DNA of 64,000 nucleotides from Anaerolineae bacterium (GTDB taxonomy: Bacteria > Chloroflexota > Anaerolineae > Aggregatilineales > UBA2796): assembly GCA_019637555.1 (NCBI GenBank), contig JAHBVK010000033.1, positions 1 through 64,000 of the forward strand. Direction: 5' to 3'. A model generated the notes under the pieces. The model was not told where the DNA came from. It saw only the letters and a program-made list of their open reading frames with translations, and did no database searches. Of this stretch, positions 49,326 through 60,075 are shown one piece after another. How positions within the stretch are numbered: the stretch's first letter is position 1; each line of letters starts with the position of its first letter. A program made the translations under genes and the position numbers.

Positions 49326-49377
49326 ACAACAGAAAATAGATCGTTTTGCTCGCAGCAGGAGAGGGGAGCACCGCGCG

Positions 49378-51237
49378 ATGCCTCCGTTCTTCAAAAACAT
49401 GAGTCTCGCCGTCAAGCTCAATATCTTAGTGCTGCTGGTGCTGGCGCTGTTATTAGTCAGCATCGACTATCTGCTGATCCACAATACGCAGAGCTTGACG
49501 GAAGAAATCGGCGGGGAACGGGTGCTGGAAGAAGTCAACATCATCCGCAGCCGCCTTGCCGAGATTGAAAAAGAGTTAGCAGTCGATACCGATTTCGTAG
49601 TCACCAGCGTTAACTTCTTCCAAGCAGTAGGACGCCGCGACAAAGCCGATACCGGCGACATCATCGCCACCGCCAATCAGACGCTCGGTCTGGATGACAT
49701 CGCGGTGGTCGATGGAGACGGCAAGCGGCTGGTGGACACGCAGATCGAAGCGGATAGCAGTGAGGAAGATGCCTTGCTGCTTTCCGCACTGGAAGGCAAA
49801 AAGACTACAGCACTGCTGATTGAGAATGACAGCAGCGGACCACAGATCAGCATCGCGGCGGCGGCTCCAGTGGTCAGCAGTTCGCGCAACATCCTCGGCG
49901 CGATCCAGATGAGTCGCAACGTCAGCGAGTTATTCCTGACCGATCTCACCTTCGGGCGCAAGGGCATCCACCTAGGGCTAGTCTATAACGGCAAAGTGAT
50001 CGAGCGTTCACTCGTCGATGGCATCTCGCTGCCGATCAACGACCCGAACATGCTCGGATCGGGGATAATGCTGGATGCCGCATCGGTACAGCAAGCCGAA
50101 GCGGGCGAAGCGGTAGTCTCTAGCAATCTGGTGCTAGGTGATGGTGGTGTTCCGCATACTGTCGCCTACACGCCGATCCTCGCGGATAGCGGCGCATCAC
50201 CCTCACCCGCCGTGATCGTAATCGTGATCGAATTGGAGGAGATTTTCTCCTTTCAGAATCGCACCTTATCCAATACGCTGCTGGTCTTTGCCGCGCTCAC
50301 GGTGATCGCGTTGGCGGTGATCTATATCAACATCTACCGCACCATGATCCGCCCGCTGAACCAGCTAAAGACCATCGCGCATACGATGACCAGCGGTAAA
50401 TATGACGAGCGCGCACCCGTGCCCACCACTGACGAAGTAGGACAACTGGCAATCGCCTTCAACGAGATGGCGACGGCGATCCAGCAGCGTGAGATCAGCT
50501 TGAAGGCGGCGCGGGAACAGGCGGAACGTGCCGATAAGGTCAAATCGCTGTTTCTGGCGAGTGTCTCTCATGAGCTGCGCACGCCGCTGAACGCGATCAT
50601 CAACCTGACCAAGTTCGTCAGTTTGGGCATGTATGGCGCGGTCAATGCCGAGCAGGATGACATCCTGCGTAAAGTGGAGAAAAGCAGCAAGCATCTGCTC
50701 AACCTGATTAATGATGTGCTGGACATCTCCAAGATAGAATCGGGATCGCTAGAATTGTTCGTGGAGAACGGTTTAGTCATCGACAAGATCGTGTCGCCAG
50801 CGGTGGAAACGGCACGCACACTGGTGGTCGAAAAGCCTATCGACGTTACCTACGAGATCGAACCCGATCTGCCGCCGATCACGGGCGATGAGCAGCGGCT
50901 CGGTCAGATCGTGCTCAATCTGCTTTCCAACGCTTGCAAGTTCACCGAGAAGGGCGAGATCGCAGTCAAGGTGTGGCGCAAGAACGCCGAGATCATCATC
51001 TCGATCCGCGATACCGGACCGGGCATCGAAGCGGGCAGCAAAGAGCTGATCTTCGAGTCCTTCCGACAGGCGAAGGGTGGCTTGCGTAAAGGATCAGGTA
51101 CCGGGCTAGGACTGCCGATCTCGCGGCGATTGGCAGAAGCGCATGGCGGCTGCGTCTGGGTGGAAAGCACAGCGGGGAAAGGCGCGACCTTTTTCGTGGC
51201 GCTGCCTATCGAGACTTCGCTGGTGCCCACGGTCTGA
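49378..51237 (+). CDS. Sensor histidine kinase with an extracytoplasmic sensor domain, HAMP, HisKA and HATPase_c.
   Basis: Two TM helices flanking a 260-aa sensor domain of about 260 aa. H-box SVSHELRTPLNAI. G-boxes GTGLGL. Confidence 0.8.
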   Translation: MPPFFKNMSLAVKLNILVLLVLALLLVSIDYLLIHNTQSLTEEIGGERVLEEVNIIRSRLAEIEKELAVDTDFVVTSVNFFQAVGRRDKADTGDIIATANQTLGLDDIAVVDGDGKRLVDTQIEADSSEEDALLLSALEGKKTTALLIENDSSGPQISIAAAAPVVSSSRNILGAIQMSRNVSELFLTDLTFGRKGIHLGLVYNGKVIERSLVDGISLPINDPNMLGSGIMLDAASVQQAEAGEAVVSSNLVLGDGGVPHTVAYTPILADSGASPSPAVIVIVIELEEIFSFQNRTLSNTLLVFAALTVIALAVIYINIYRTMIRPLNQLKTIAHTMTSGKYDERAPVPTTDEVGQLAIAFNEMATAIQQREISLKAAREQAERADKVKSLFLASVSHELRTPLNAIINLTKFVSLGMYGAVNAEQDDILRKVEKSSKHLLNLINDVLDISKIESGSLELFVENGLVIDKIVSPAVETARTLVVEKPIDVTYEIEPDLPPITGDEQRLGQIVLNLLSNACKFTEKGEIAVKVWRKNAEIIISIRDTGPGIEAGSKELIFESFRQAKGGLRKGSGTGLGLPISRRLAEAHGGCVWVESTAGKGATFFVALPIETSLVPTV

Positions 51238-51457
51238 CAGCGCTCCAGATCGGGATAGTTTCCTGCGTTTCCGTTTGCCTGACTTCTGACCACTGTGTCG
51301 CGCTCTGCTCCCCTGCTCGGTACTGACCACTTCTCCAGCCTTAGGTTTGGGATTTTTTTAGCGCTTGTCAACTAGTCTTGTAGCGTCAGTGAGATGTATC
51401 TACTGTTGGTTGTAGAAGTAACTGTTTGACCTAAACAAGGGGTATCAGGAGTAATTC

Positions 51458-51949
51458 ATGAAACTGGAAACGTTGCAAGATCTATTGGTAGATCATATCA
51501 AAGACCTGTACAGCGCTGAAACACAGATCGTCAAAGCGCTGCCGAAGATGGAAAAAGCGGCGGGCGCTTCGGAACTGCAAGCTGCCTTTCGCAAGCACCT
51601 GAAGCAAACGGAAGAGCATGTTCGTCGCCTCGAAGAAGTCTCCAACATGCTGAACACCAAGCCAGCAGGCAAAAAGTGCGTAGGCATGGAAGGCTTACTC
51701 AAGGAAGGTGACGAACTACTCAAGGAAGATGCCGATCCTGAAGTGTTGGATGCTGGCTTAATTGCCGCCGCACAGAAGGTGGAGCACTACGAGATCTCCG
51801 GTTACGGCACCGCCCGCACTTATGCGGAGATGCTTGGCAATCAGGATGTCGCCTCGCTGCTTCAAAAGACGCTGGACGAAGAAGCGCAAACGGATGAGTC
51901 TCTCACCAAGTTGGCGCAGAGCCGCATCAATGTCAAAGCGGCTCAATAA
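51458..51949 (+). CDS. DUF892 ferritin-like protein (YciE/YciF family).
   Basis: LVDHIKDLYSAETQIVKALPKM signature. Confidence 0.75.
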   Translation: MKLETLQDLLVDHIKDLYSAETQIVKALPKMEKAAGASELQAAFRKHLKQTEEHVRRLEEVSNMLNTKPAGKKCVGMEGLLKEGDELLKEDADPEVLDAGLIAAAQKVEHYEISGYGTARTYAEMLGNQDVASLLQKTLDEEAQTDESLTKLAQSRINVKAAQ

Positions 51950-52217
51950 GCTCAGCGTTAAGGCAACCTAGAACTAAGCGCGCCGAATATGCTCAGAGTG
52001 AAAACAGAGTGTATTCGGCGTCATCCTACCCCACTTGCCTGCTGCGCATAACGAGACGCAAGCTGTTGATGAAAGCAGTCGATGTTACTTTCTCATTCCC
52101 TCAATAACGATCACTGCTCCAATTAATCACCTTTGCCATCAAACAATCTAAAGCGAATAGGAAGAGCAAATAAGCAGTGCATAACTGCTCATTGCTGCTA
52201 TCGAATAGGAGTCTAAA

Positions 52218-52802
52218 ATGACCAATTCTGAGTCAGCTAATCAGGTCAGCGTACCGCACAACAAGGGCATTCGCGTTGATAAAAGCATCACCATCAACCG
52301 TCCCGTCGAAGAGATTTACAAATTCTGGCGCAACTTCGAGAACTTACCGCACTTCATGCACCATCTTAAGTCCGTCCGCGTGACGGATGATCTGCATTCT
52401 CACTGGATCGCCAGAGCGCCAGCGGGTTCATCCGTAGAGTGGGACGCCGAAATCATCAATGAAGTGCCAAACGAGCGGATTGGTTGGCGCTCTCTAGAAG
52501 GATCAGAGGTGGCAAACGCCGGATCAGTAGTATTTAAGCCTGCCCCCGGCGGACGCGGAACTGAATTGCAGGTCTCCCTCAAATACGATCCACCCGGCGG
52601 CAAGATTGGTGCGACGATTGCCAAACTGTTTGGCAAAGAACCTAGTGTTCAAATTCAGGAAGACCTCCATCGTCTTCAGCAGCTACTGGAAACTGGCGAG
52701 ATTTCTACCGCTACGGGCCAGACATCAGGTAGAGAAAAAGGCGAAGATCTAGAGGAGCAAGCTGCACAAAATCCGACCAGTATTCAGAGTAATGTGAGGT
52801 AA
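52218..52802 (+). CDS. SRPBCC (cyclase/dehydrase, Bet v1-like) family protein.
   Basis: [25 protein letters not shown] start of the polyketide-cyclase-like fold. Confidence 0.65.
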   Translation: MTNSESANQVSVPHNKGIRVDKSITINRPVEEIYKFWRNFENLPHFMHHLKSVRVTDDLHSHWIARAPAGSSVEWDAEIINEVPNERIGWRSLEGSEVANAGSVVFKPAPGGRGTELQVSLKYDPPGGKIGATIAKLFGKEPSVQIQEDLHRLQQLLETGEISTATGQTSGREKGEDLEEQAAQNPTSIQSNVR

Positions 52803-52809
52803 TTCCATT

Positions 52810-54000
52810 ATGCGTGCTTTGTGTTGGAATGCTCCCAATGTGGTCAAAGTAGAAACTGTTCCCGATCCGATCCTGATCAACCCTAACGACATCATTGTGC
52901 GGATCACCTCGACGGCTATTTGTGGATCCGATCTCCACCTGTTCAACGGCTTTATTCCCGGTATGCGCCCCGGCGATATTCTGGGTCACGAGTTTATGGG
53001 CGAGGTCGTTGATGTCGGACCAGCCATCAGCAACCTACAAAGAGGGGATCGGGTGGTCGTTCCGTTTGCCATTGGCTGCGGACGATGCTTCTATTGTGAA
53101 CACGATCTCTGGTCGCTGTGCGATAACTCCAATACGGCGGCGGGCGATGTGGCGCTGGAAGCTGCCTATGGAGCTGCCGGAGCAGGTCTATTTGGCTACT
53201 CACACTTATACGGTGGCTACTCCGGCGGGCAGGCAGAATATGTGCGCGTTCCCTTTGCGGATGTCGGTCCGGTCAAAGTGCCTGATGGCTTACCTGACGA
53301 ACAAGTTTTGTTCTTGACCGATATTTTCCCGACAGGCTACATGGCGGCGGAGAACTGCAACATCAAGCCGGGCGATGTAGTGGCGGTGTGGGGCTGCGGT
53401 CCCGTCGGTCTGTTCGCCATCGCCAGTGCCTACCTGCTCGGTGCCGAGAAGGTGATTGCCATTGACCGGATTGAGGAACGGTTGCAAAAGGCGGCAAATG
53501 AGTGCCGCGCTATTCCTATCAACTATCTGGAAACGGACGTGGTTGAAGAACTGCGAACGCTTACCGGCGGGCGTGGACCCGATGCCGTGATTGATGCGGT
53601 GGGCATGGAAGCACATGCTACCGGACTGCCCGGTTTGACGGATCGAGTCAAACAGACCATCAGGATGGAAACGGATCGTCCTCACGTACTGCGCGAAGCG
53701 ATTCAGGCGTGCCGCAAGGGCGGCACGGTGTCAATTCCGGGCGTCTATGGCGGCGTGATTGATACTGTGAATATGGGGGCTGCTTTCGCCAAAGGGCTGA
53801 CCTTCAAAATGGGACAAACCCATGTTCAACGTTACATGAAGCCGTTGATGGAGCGCATTCAGCGTGGTGAGATCGACCCTTCGTTTGTGATCACTCATAC
53901 CATGTCACTTGAGGATGCTGCCGAGGGTTACGCCATGTTCAGAGCCAAACAGGATGGCTGTGTCAAGGTAGTCTTGAAACCTGACGGCGTGGTGCATTAA
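52810..54000 (+). CDS. Zinc-dependent dehydrogenase, glutathione-independent formaldehyde dehydrogenase-like.
   Basis: CGSDLH catalytic zinc motif, structural zinc Cys cluster ([15 protein letters not shown]) and GCGPVG NAD motif. About 396 aa, like FdhA. Confidence 0.75.
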   Translation: MRALCWNAPNVVKVETVPDPILINPNDIIVRITSTAICGSDLHLFNGFIPGMRPGDILGHEFMGEVVDVGPAISNLQRGDRVVVPFAIGCGRCFYCEHDLWSLCDNSNTAAGDVALEAAYGAAGAGLFGYSHLYGGYSGGQAEYVRVPFADVGPVKVPDGLPDEQVLFLTDIFPTGYMAAENCNIKPGDVVAVWGCGPVGLFAIASAYLLGAEKVIAIDRIEERLQKAANECRAIPINYLETDVVEELRTLTGGRGPDAVIDAVGMEAHATGLPGLTDRVKQTIRMETDRPHVLREAIQACRKGGTVSIPGVYGGVIDTVNMGAAFAKGLTFKMGQTHVQRYMKPLMERIQRGEIDPSFVITHTMSLEDAAEGYAMFRAKQDGCVKVVLKPDGVVH

Positions 54001-54230
54001 GCGAAGTACGCCCAATCGTCTCCTAAATACACGCTTGCAGATGAAGGGACTCGTAATTTCAATGAGCATTTTCGTCTGCAAGCTGCAAGTTTAGCTGCCT
54101 ATGTACGCGGGTTTTCCTTCATTCAAGATATTCGTACAGCAGCTAGAACCCTGAGTAGCCATCGCTGCGAAACGGCAGCTCTGCCTTGATCGGTGTTTCG
54201 GTAGTTGGAAGTTGGCGCTAGTGAGGGCTT

Positions 54231-56118
54231 ATGCCACGCTCGATACATGATGCTGAAGTGGTCAAGCTGATCAACGAAGCTCGCCTTGACCGCAATCGTT
54301 TTCATCCCTCTCCTATTGATTGGCGCGACCAGTGGATCTACTTCATTTTGATAGATCGCTTCAGCAACTCGCAGCAGGAGCCGAATCACTCTCCGTGGGA
54401 TCAGCCCTACGATAAATTTCAGGGCGGCACTTTCAACGGCATCCGCGATCATCTGGATTACCTGAAAGAAATGGGCGTTGGCGCGATCTGGCTCTCTCCG
54501 GTACTCAAGAATGCGCAATATAAAGAGGCGTCCTATCATGGCTACGGCATACAGGACTTCCTAGCAATTGAACCGCGCTTCTCCTCCGATCCCGAACGCG
54601 CCCGCCAAGACCCGACTTTTCCAGAAAATGAACTGCGCCAGCTTGTTGATGCCATACATCAGCACGGCATGTATATCATTTTCGACATCATCTTGAATCA
54701 CGTTGGCAGTGTCTTTAGTTATCGCACAGACGCAGGTAACGCAGAGGATGTCCCTTGGCGTGAGGAAGGTAAATACGACATCCTCTGGCATGATGAAAAG
54801 GGGCGCGTTGAACAAGAATGGAGTGAACCGCCAACACAGGGTGGAAAAAACGAGGAGTTGACCAGCAAGATTTCACAGGATGCGCTGATCTGGCCCCAAG
54901 AATTGCAGCGCAATGATTACTTTCGGCGGCAAGGTAATGCCTTCACCCGCGCTCAGGAGGATGGAGAACGGGCAGGTGATTTCAACAGTCTAAAGGAGTT
55001 GGTAACCGATTATGTTGAATTACGACCCATTTTACGGACGTTACTATCCCGTCCGGCAGGCATTGATCGTCGCCCATCAGTATCTTTTGCTAAATACGAT
55101 ATTGACGGCTTCTCGCATGGACACGTTGAAATACTTGGAACCGGATTTCGTCCGTTCATTCGGGACTGCCATCTCGGAATTCGCAACCGTCATCGGTAAG
55201 AAGAACTTTTTTACCTTTGGCGAGGTATTCGATGACGATGAGAAAATCTCCCATTTCGTCGGGCGTGATGTGCATAACCACGGCGACTTGCTTGGTGTCG
55301 ATGCCGCATTGGACTTCCCGTTGTTCTTTGTGCTGCCCGGTGTCATTAAAGGGCAAAAAGCCCCGAGCGATCTGGTTGCAATGTATGAGAATCGTCAACA
55401 CACACTGGCGCCGATCATCAGCGCTCAGGGAGAAATCGGTAGTTTTTTCGTCAATTTTCTGGATAACCACGATGTCAACTCGCGCTTCTACAGCGCCGAG
55501 TCTGACGATCCTCGAAAATACGATGCCCACATGTCGCTGGCGTTAACTTGCTTGCTAACACTGCAAGGGATTCCCTCACTTTATTACGGCACGGAGCAAG
55601 GGTTGCAAGGAAGCGGTGAAAGTTCCGAAGCCACGCGAGAGGCTTTATGGGGCAAACCGAATGCCTTTGACTTGCACCATCCCTTTTACCGCACCATTGA
55701 ACTCCTCTCGCGCTTGCGTGCCCGGCAGCCTGCAATCCGTTATGGTCGTCAGTATTTCAGGCAGACATCCGAAGATGGAGTCAATTTCAGTTACGCTACA
55801 CGTCCGGGTGGTGTGCTCGCGTATTCGCGCTTACTGGATAGTCAGGAAGTAGTTGTTATCGCCAATACGAGCTTGGATCAGGGCTGGCAAGGTGAAACGC
55901 TGATTGATTATGCCATTGAGGCAAACAACCATGCTTATACGCTGCAATACAGCAATCAGCGCGTGGTTCAGAACAGCTACCCGATTTCCATGATCGGCAA
56001 AAATGAAGGCACTATCCAGATCACTAATCTGGATGGCACGAATAGCAAAGGTGCCACACGAGCGATCAGGGTGGAATTACTGCCCGCTGAAGTTCAAGTG
56101 TGGAGTAAAGGTAGATAA
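54231..56118 (+). pseudogene. GH13 alpha-amylase-family gene split by a frameshift near 55010-55040.
   Basis: ORF 54231-55199 carries GH13 region I (DIILNHVG). ORF 55012-56118, in a different frame, carries region II (ASRMDTLKYLEPDF), FLDNHD and the C-terminal domain. Confidence 0.55.
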
Positions 56119-57077
56119 TGGTTGCTATTGGTTATCACTGCTCTCACGAGCGCTTCAAACCGAGTGAATTGTTACAGTTGCTTCAACTCGCAGAACGGGC
56201 TGGCTTTCACGCTGGCATGTGTTCCGATCATTTTCATCCGTGGAGCGAGGTACAGGGGCAGAGTGGCTTTACGTGGTCGTGGCTCGGCGCTGCGCTGCAA
56301 GCCACCAGCTTATCGCTTGGTATGGTATGTGCGCCGGGGCAGCGTTACCATCCGGCGATTATCGCTCAGGCGGCGGCGACGCTGGGAGAAATGTTTCCGG
56401 GCAGGCTGTGGTGTGCGTTTGGCACCGGACAAAATCTCAATGAACACATCACGGGCGATCACTGGCTGCCCAAACCACAAAGGCGGGCGCGCCTAGAGGA
56501 AGCAGTGGCAATCATACGGGCGCTGTGGGCTGGGGAAACGGTTACTCATCGCGGTTATATCACTGTAGAAGAAGCCAAACTCTATACGCGCCCTGATCAG
56601 AGACCACTTATCTTAGGGGCGGCACTCTCCAACGAAACGGCGGAATGGGTAGGCAAATGGGCAGATGGGCTGATCACTGCCGCCAAGCCGCCTGACGAAC
56701 AGCGCAAGTTCATTGAATCGTTTTGGCGCGGTGGGGGCGACGGCAAACCGATCTATCTGCAAGCACTACACGGCTATGCAGATGATCTTGAAGCCGCCAA
56801 GCAGGAGTCATGGCAAAATTGGCGCACCAATAGTTTCGGCAGCGAAATCCAAGCCGATCTAAAAATGCCTCAGCATTTTGAAACGGTCAGTCGTTTCGTG
56901 CGACCGGAAGATATGACCGGCACGGTACGTCTCTCCAGCAGTTTGAATCAGCACATCGAATGGTTGCAGCAAGACATAGAACTTGGCTTTGAACGCATTT
57001 TCATCCATAACGCAGCCAATAACCAGCGCAAATTTATCGAGGATTTCGGCGCCAAAGTATTGCCTCAGCTTGCTTAG
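56118..57077 (+). CDS. Luciferase-like F420-dependent oxidoreductase, F420-dependent glucose-6-phosphate dehydrogenase family.
   Basis: SDHFHPWSEVQGQSGFTWSWLGA ... YHPAIIAQAAATLGEMFPGRLWCAFGTGQNLNEHITG closely parallels the Fgd signature region. Confidence 0.7.
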   Translation: MVAIGYHCSHERFKPSELLQLLQLAERAGFHAGMCSDHFHPWSEVQGQSGFTWSWLGAALQATSLSLGMVCAPGQRYHPAIIAQAAATLGEMFPGRLWCAFGTGQNLNEHITGDHWLPKPQRRARLEEAVAIIRALWAGETVTHRGYITVEEAKLYTRPDQRPLILGAALSNETAEWVGKWADGLITAAKPPDEQRKFIESFWRGGGDGKPIYLQALHGYADDLEAAKQESWQNWRTNSFGSEIQADLKMPQHFETVSRFVRPEDMTGTVRLSSSLNQHIEWLQQDIELGFERIFIHNAANNQRKFIEDFGAKVLPQLA

Positions 57078-57363
57078 GATTGTGATCACAGTCGCATCGT
57101 CAACCTGCTTGACTTCCCATAAATAGAAGCAGCCGCTTCAAGGCTCATTTAGCTGGTCGAAAGCATCCCTGCGTACTGCACTTCCGCTTGGCTCGGTGTC
57201 ATTCCGCCTATCCATTTGATTACCTTGATCAATGGAAAAATTGGTGCTTTGAAGGCAAAATATGCCTATGAGTTGGAACGCTGCCAGCGAGTGCTTGTGC
57301 AGCGTAATGCTGTGCCAAAGTGAACCGCGCAGCCGCCGTTAATCAAAAACATAAGGATTCAAC

Positions 57364-57774
57364 TTGAACGGGTTAGTGCCGACAATTCTATACGTGGAAA
57401 ATGATCCCTTGAGCTGCGAGGTTATGCGGGCGCTGCTGATCCGCGCCCTCGGCTACAAAGATGTGACCATCTTCGAGGACAGTGCCGCTTTTGAGGAGCG
57501 CTTGGAGACGCTGCCTAAAAAGCCAGATGTGATCTTTCTGGACATTCACATGCATCCCTTGGATGGCTTCGACATGCTCAAGCTGATCCGCAGGCATGAT
57601 ACTTATCGCTCGACGCAGGTGGTGGCGCTGACGGCAAGCGTGATGAACGAGGAGGTTAGGACTCTACGTGATGCCGGATTCGACGGCGTGATCGCCAAGC
57701 CGATCACCTATGAAGTTTTCCCCGGCGTGCTGGATCGCATTTTGAAAGGGGAGCAAGTCTGGAATGTGCGCTGA
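57364..57774 (+). CDS. Stand-alone response regulator receiver domain protein.
   Basis: REC fold with the acidic pair in YVENDP and the phospho-acceptor in IFLDIHM. TTG start with an AAGGA RBS. Confidence 0.7.
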   Translation: MNGLVPTILYVENDPLSCEVMRALLIRALGYKDVTIFEDSAAFEERLETLPKKPDVIFLDIHMHPLDGFDMLKLIRRHDTYRSTQVVALTASVMNEEVRTLRDAGFDGVIAKPITYEVFPGVLDRILKGEQVWNVR

Positions 57775-57903
57775 ACACTGCTGAAGCATAAATTGCTGTA
57801 CACTGATTCAGTAGTTGATGATTAGCATCGGTGATCAACGCCAACGGAAATAATGCCTTTGCCCGATCCGAATAGATCAACAGCTTACAATTTGAGGCGG
57901 AAT

Positions 57904-58290
57904 ATGACTAACAAACACGCGCTAATTATTGATGATGACGCATACAATGTGTACATCATGGAGCGGCTGCTAGACCGCGAAAATATCTCTTACACCGCCG
58001 TCACCGACACCGCCAGTCTGGAACTGACCCTCAGCAATCTAGGGAAAGTCGATATTGTGTTCCTCGACTTGGAAATGCCCAAGCGCGATGGCTACGAGTT
58101 AAAGCGTGTCCTCTCCGATTACGTCAAAGACGGCGTACCGATTGTTGCCTGTACGGTGCATACGGCGGAAATCCGCAACACGCGGTCACTCGGATTCAGC
58201 AGCTTCATCGCCAAACCGCTGGATATCGAGCGTTTCCCTGATCAACTGCGGCGCATTTTCGAGGGCGAACCGGTCTGGGAGACGAAGTAA
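57904..58290 (+). CDS. Stand-alone response regulator receiver domain protein (paralog).
   Basis: ALIIDDDAYN ... IVFLDLEMP REC motifs. C-terminus EGEPVWE parallels the EGEQVWN of the neighbour. Confidence 0.75.
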   Translation: MTNKHALIIDDDAYNVYIMERLLDRENISYTAVTDTASLELTLSNLGKVDIVFLDLEMPKRDGYELKRVLSDYVKDGVPIVACTVHTAEIRNTRSLGFSSFIAKPLDIERFPDQLRRIFEGEPVWETK

Positions 58291-58356
58291 GAGGCAGCGG
58301 CGTGCAATGCTGATCATGTACAATTGGAATACTTAGTGATCGGTGGAGATTGCGCG

Positions 58357-58581
58357 ATGACCGATTATCACATCAATGTCTTCTACAGCGACGAAGATCA
58401 GAGCTATATTGCCGACATTCCCGATTTTGAAATGTGTTCAGCGCACGGCGAGACACCAGAAGAAGCCCTGCGCGAAGTCCTGATCGCGCGTGATGCGATC
58501 ATTGAGTCGATGAAGGAACGCAGGCAACCAATCCCTGAACCACGCTATCGTCCAGCAATTTACGAAGCAACGCGACGGTAA
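58357..58581 (+). CDS. hicB: HicB-family antitoxin.
   Basis: YHINVFYSDEDQSYIADIPDF ... ETPEEALREV is typical of HicB/UPF0150. GGTGGAG RBS. Confidence 0.7.
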   Translation: MTDYHINVFYSDEDQSYIADIPDFEMCSAHGETPEEALREVLIARDAIIESMKERRQPIPEPRYRPAIYEATRR

Positions 58582-58585
58582 ACCA

Positions 58586-58870
58586 GTGAGTAAAAAGCGT
58601 AAGTTACTAAATCGCGTTTTGTCTGGATCGAAAAACATCCGGTTTGGCGATTTGGTAACTTTGCTGGAGGCGTTTGGCTTCACACTAGATCGCATTAGCG
58701 GCAGTCATCATATTTACGAACACCCCGAAGTTTCGCAAAGTGTCTCAATCCAACCAGACAAAAATGGGCAAGCGAAACCATATCAAGTCCGCCAATTCCT
58801 CGCACTTGTTGAACGCCATCGTTTGCGCTTTATCGACGATGAAACTGATTTAGATGACTCGGATCGCTGA
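58586..58870 (+). CDS. hicA: HicA-family toxin (mRNA interferase).
   Basis: GFTLDRISGSHHIYEHPE matches the HicA/YcfA motif. GTG start 4 nt after the hicB stop. Confidence 0.7.
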   Translation: MSKKRKLLNRVLSGSKNIRFGDLVTLLEAFGFTLDRISGSHHIYEHPEVSQSVSIQPDKNGQAKPYQVRQFLALVERHRLRFIDDETDLDDSDR

Positions 58871-58879
58871 GGAAGTTTT

Positions 58880-58931
58880 AGCGCCCTTCAGGGCGCTTCG
58901 TGCTTATAGCCCGGTGCTTTAGCGCCGGGTG
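58880..58931 (+). terminator. Hairpin terminator after hicA, plus a recurring 20-nt motif.
   Basis: agcgccc-ttca-gggcgct stem-loop, followed by cccggtgctttagcgccggg. Confidence 0.45.
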
Positions 58932-58949
58932 ATGATGATCTTCGGCTAC

Positions 58950-59987
58950 TCACCTCATCGGCGGGCACACCGTATCGCGCAGCACCAAGCGCGTCGGCAG
59001 CAGATGATGATTGCTCTCGCTTGGCTTGCCCTCGATCAACTCCACCAGCAGATCAGCTGCCAATTTGCCCTTCTGCCTGATCTGCTGTCCCACCGTCGTC
59101 AGCGGCGGCGTCATCAGCGCGGCGAAGGGAATATCATCGAAGCCCACAATCGAGAGTTCGTTGGGAACACTGATGCCCGCTTGCCGCGCCGAGTGCATCG
59201 CGCCCATCGCTATCACATCGCTCATCGCCACGATGCAAGTGGGATGCCGCGCCGTTTTCCATAATTTCTGAAAGGCGCTGATCCCACCCTCGACGGTGCT
59301 AGCAGTCTCCACTAATTGGATGTGCTTACCGTCCAGCGTCAGCCCGTATTCTTGCAACGCCGTCAGATAACCATCCATGCGCTGCCGCAGCGTGCCTGCA
59401 TATTCCTGATAGTGTCCGTGCTTACCAGATCGGATCGCCAGCACGGTGATCTCCCGATGTCCGGCTTCCAGCACATGCCGCATCACGTCGTAAGCGCCCA
59501 TCGCGTCATCGACGTTGACGGCAGGCACACCCTCAATCGGATCGCTATCTACCGTCACGAAAGGCGTCCCGCGCTGCTGCAAGATCATCATCGTCGCTTT
59601 GTGCGATTCCAAGCCGAGCGTGACGAAGCCATCCACCGCGACGTTGCTGACGGCGCGCTTCATACTGCCCTCCAACGGCGGCACGATCATCAGCGAGAAG
59701 CCGGAGCGCATACACGCCTCGCCAATGCCCTCGATCAGTTCCGGCAGAAATGGATTGCTGATGATTTCGGGGATCGGCTGCGGCACGAGGATGCCCAGCG
59801 TGCCTGTGCGTCCGGTGCTCATACTCCGTGCCACCGGATCGGGTGTGTAGCCGAGTTCGTCCGCCACTTCGAGGATGCGCTGCACGGTGGCGCCGCCAAG
59901 GCGTGACGGATTGTTGAAGGCGAACGATACCGCCGTCACCGAGACGCCAGCCTTCTGCGCGATGTCCTTGATCGTGACCTTCGACAT
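58950..59987 (-). CDS. LacI family transcriptional regulator.
   Basis: N-terminal HTH TIKDIAQKAGVSVTAVSFAFNN. Confidence 0.85.
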   Translation of the reverse strand: MSKVTIKDIAQKAGVSVTAVSFAFNNPSRLGGATVQRILEVADELGYTPDPVARSMSTGRTGTLGILVPQPIPEIISNPFLPELIEGIGEACMRSGFSLMIVPPLEGSMKRAVSNVAVDGFVTLGLESHKATMMILQQRGTPFVTVDSDPIEGVPAVNVDDAMGAYDVMRHVLEAGHREITVLAIRSGKHGHYQEYAGTLRQRMDGYLTALQEYGLTLDGKHIQLVETASTVEGGISAFQKLWKTARHPTCIVAMSDVIAMGAMHSARQAGISVPNELSIVGFDDIPFAALMTPPLTTVGQQIRQKGKLAADLLVELIEGKPSESNHHLLPTRLVLRDTVCPPMR

Positions 59988-59992
59988 AACAA

Positions 59993-60065
59993 CCCCTCAC
60001 CCCGACGCTTCGCGCCACCCCTCTCCCACGCTGCGTGAGTACACTGCGGGGAGAAGGGACGTAGA
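59993..60065. repeat. GC-rich palindromic repeat element.
   Basis: cccctcacccc...cccctctcccacgctgcgtgagtacactgcggggagaaggg. Confidence 0.5.
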
Positions 60066-60075
60066 CGTCTAGTGG

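Noticed and set aside
59316-59906. 196-aa + strand ORF
   Set aside because: Antisense to the LacI-family regulator (HTH and effector domain recognisable on the minus strand).
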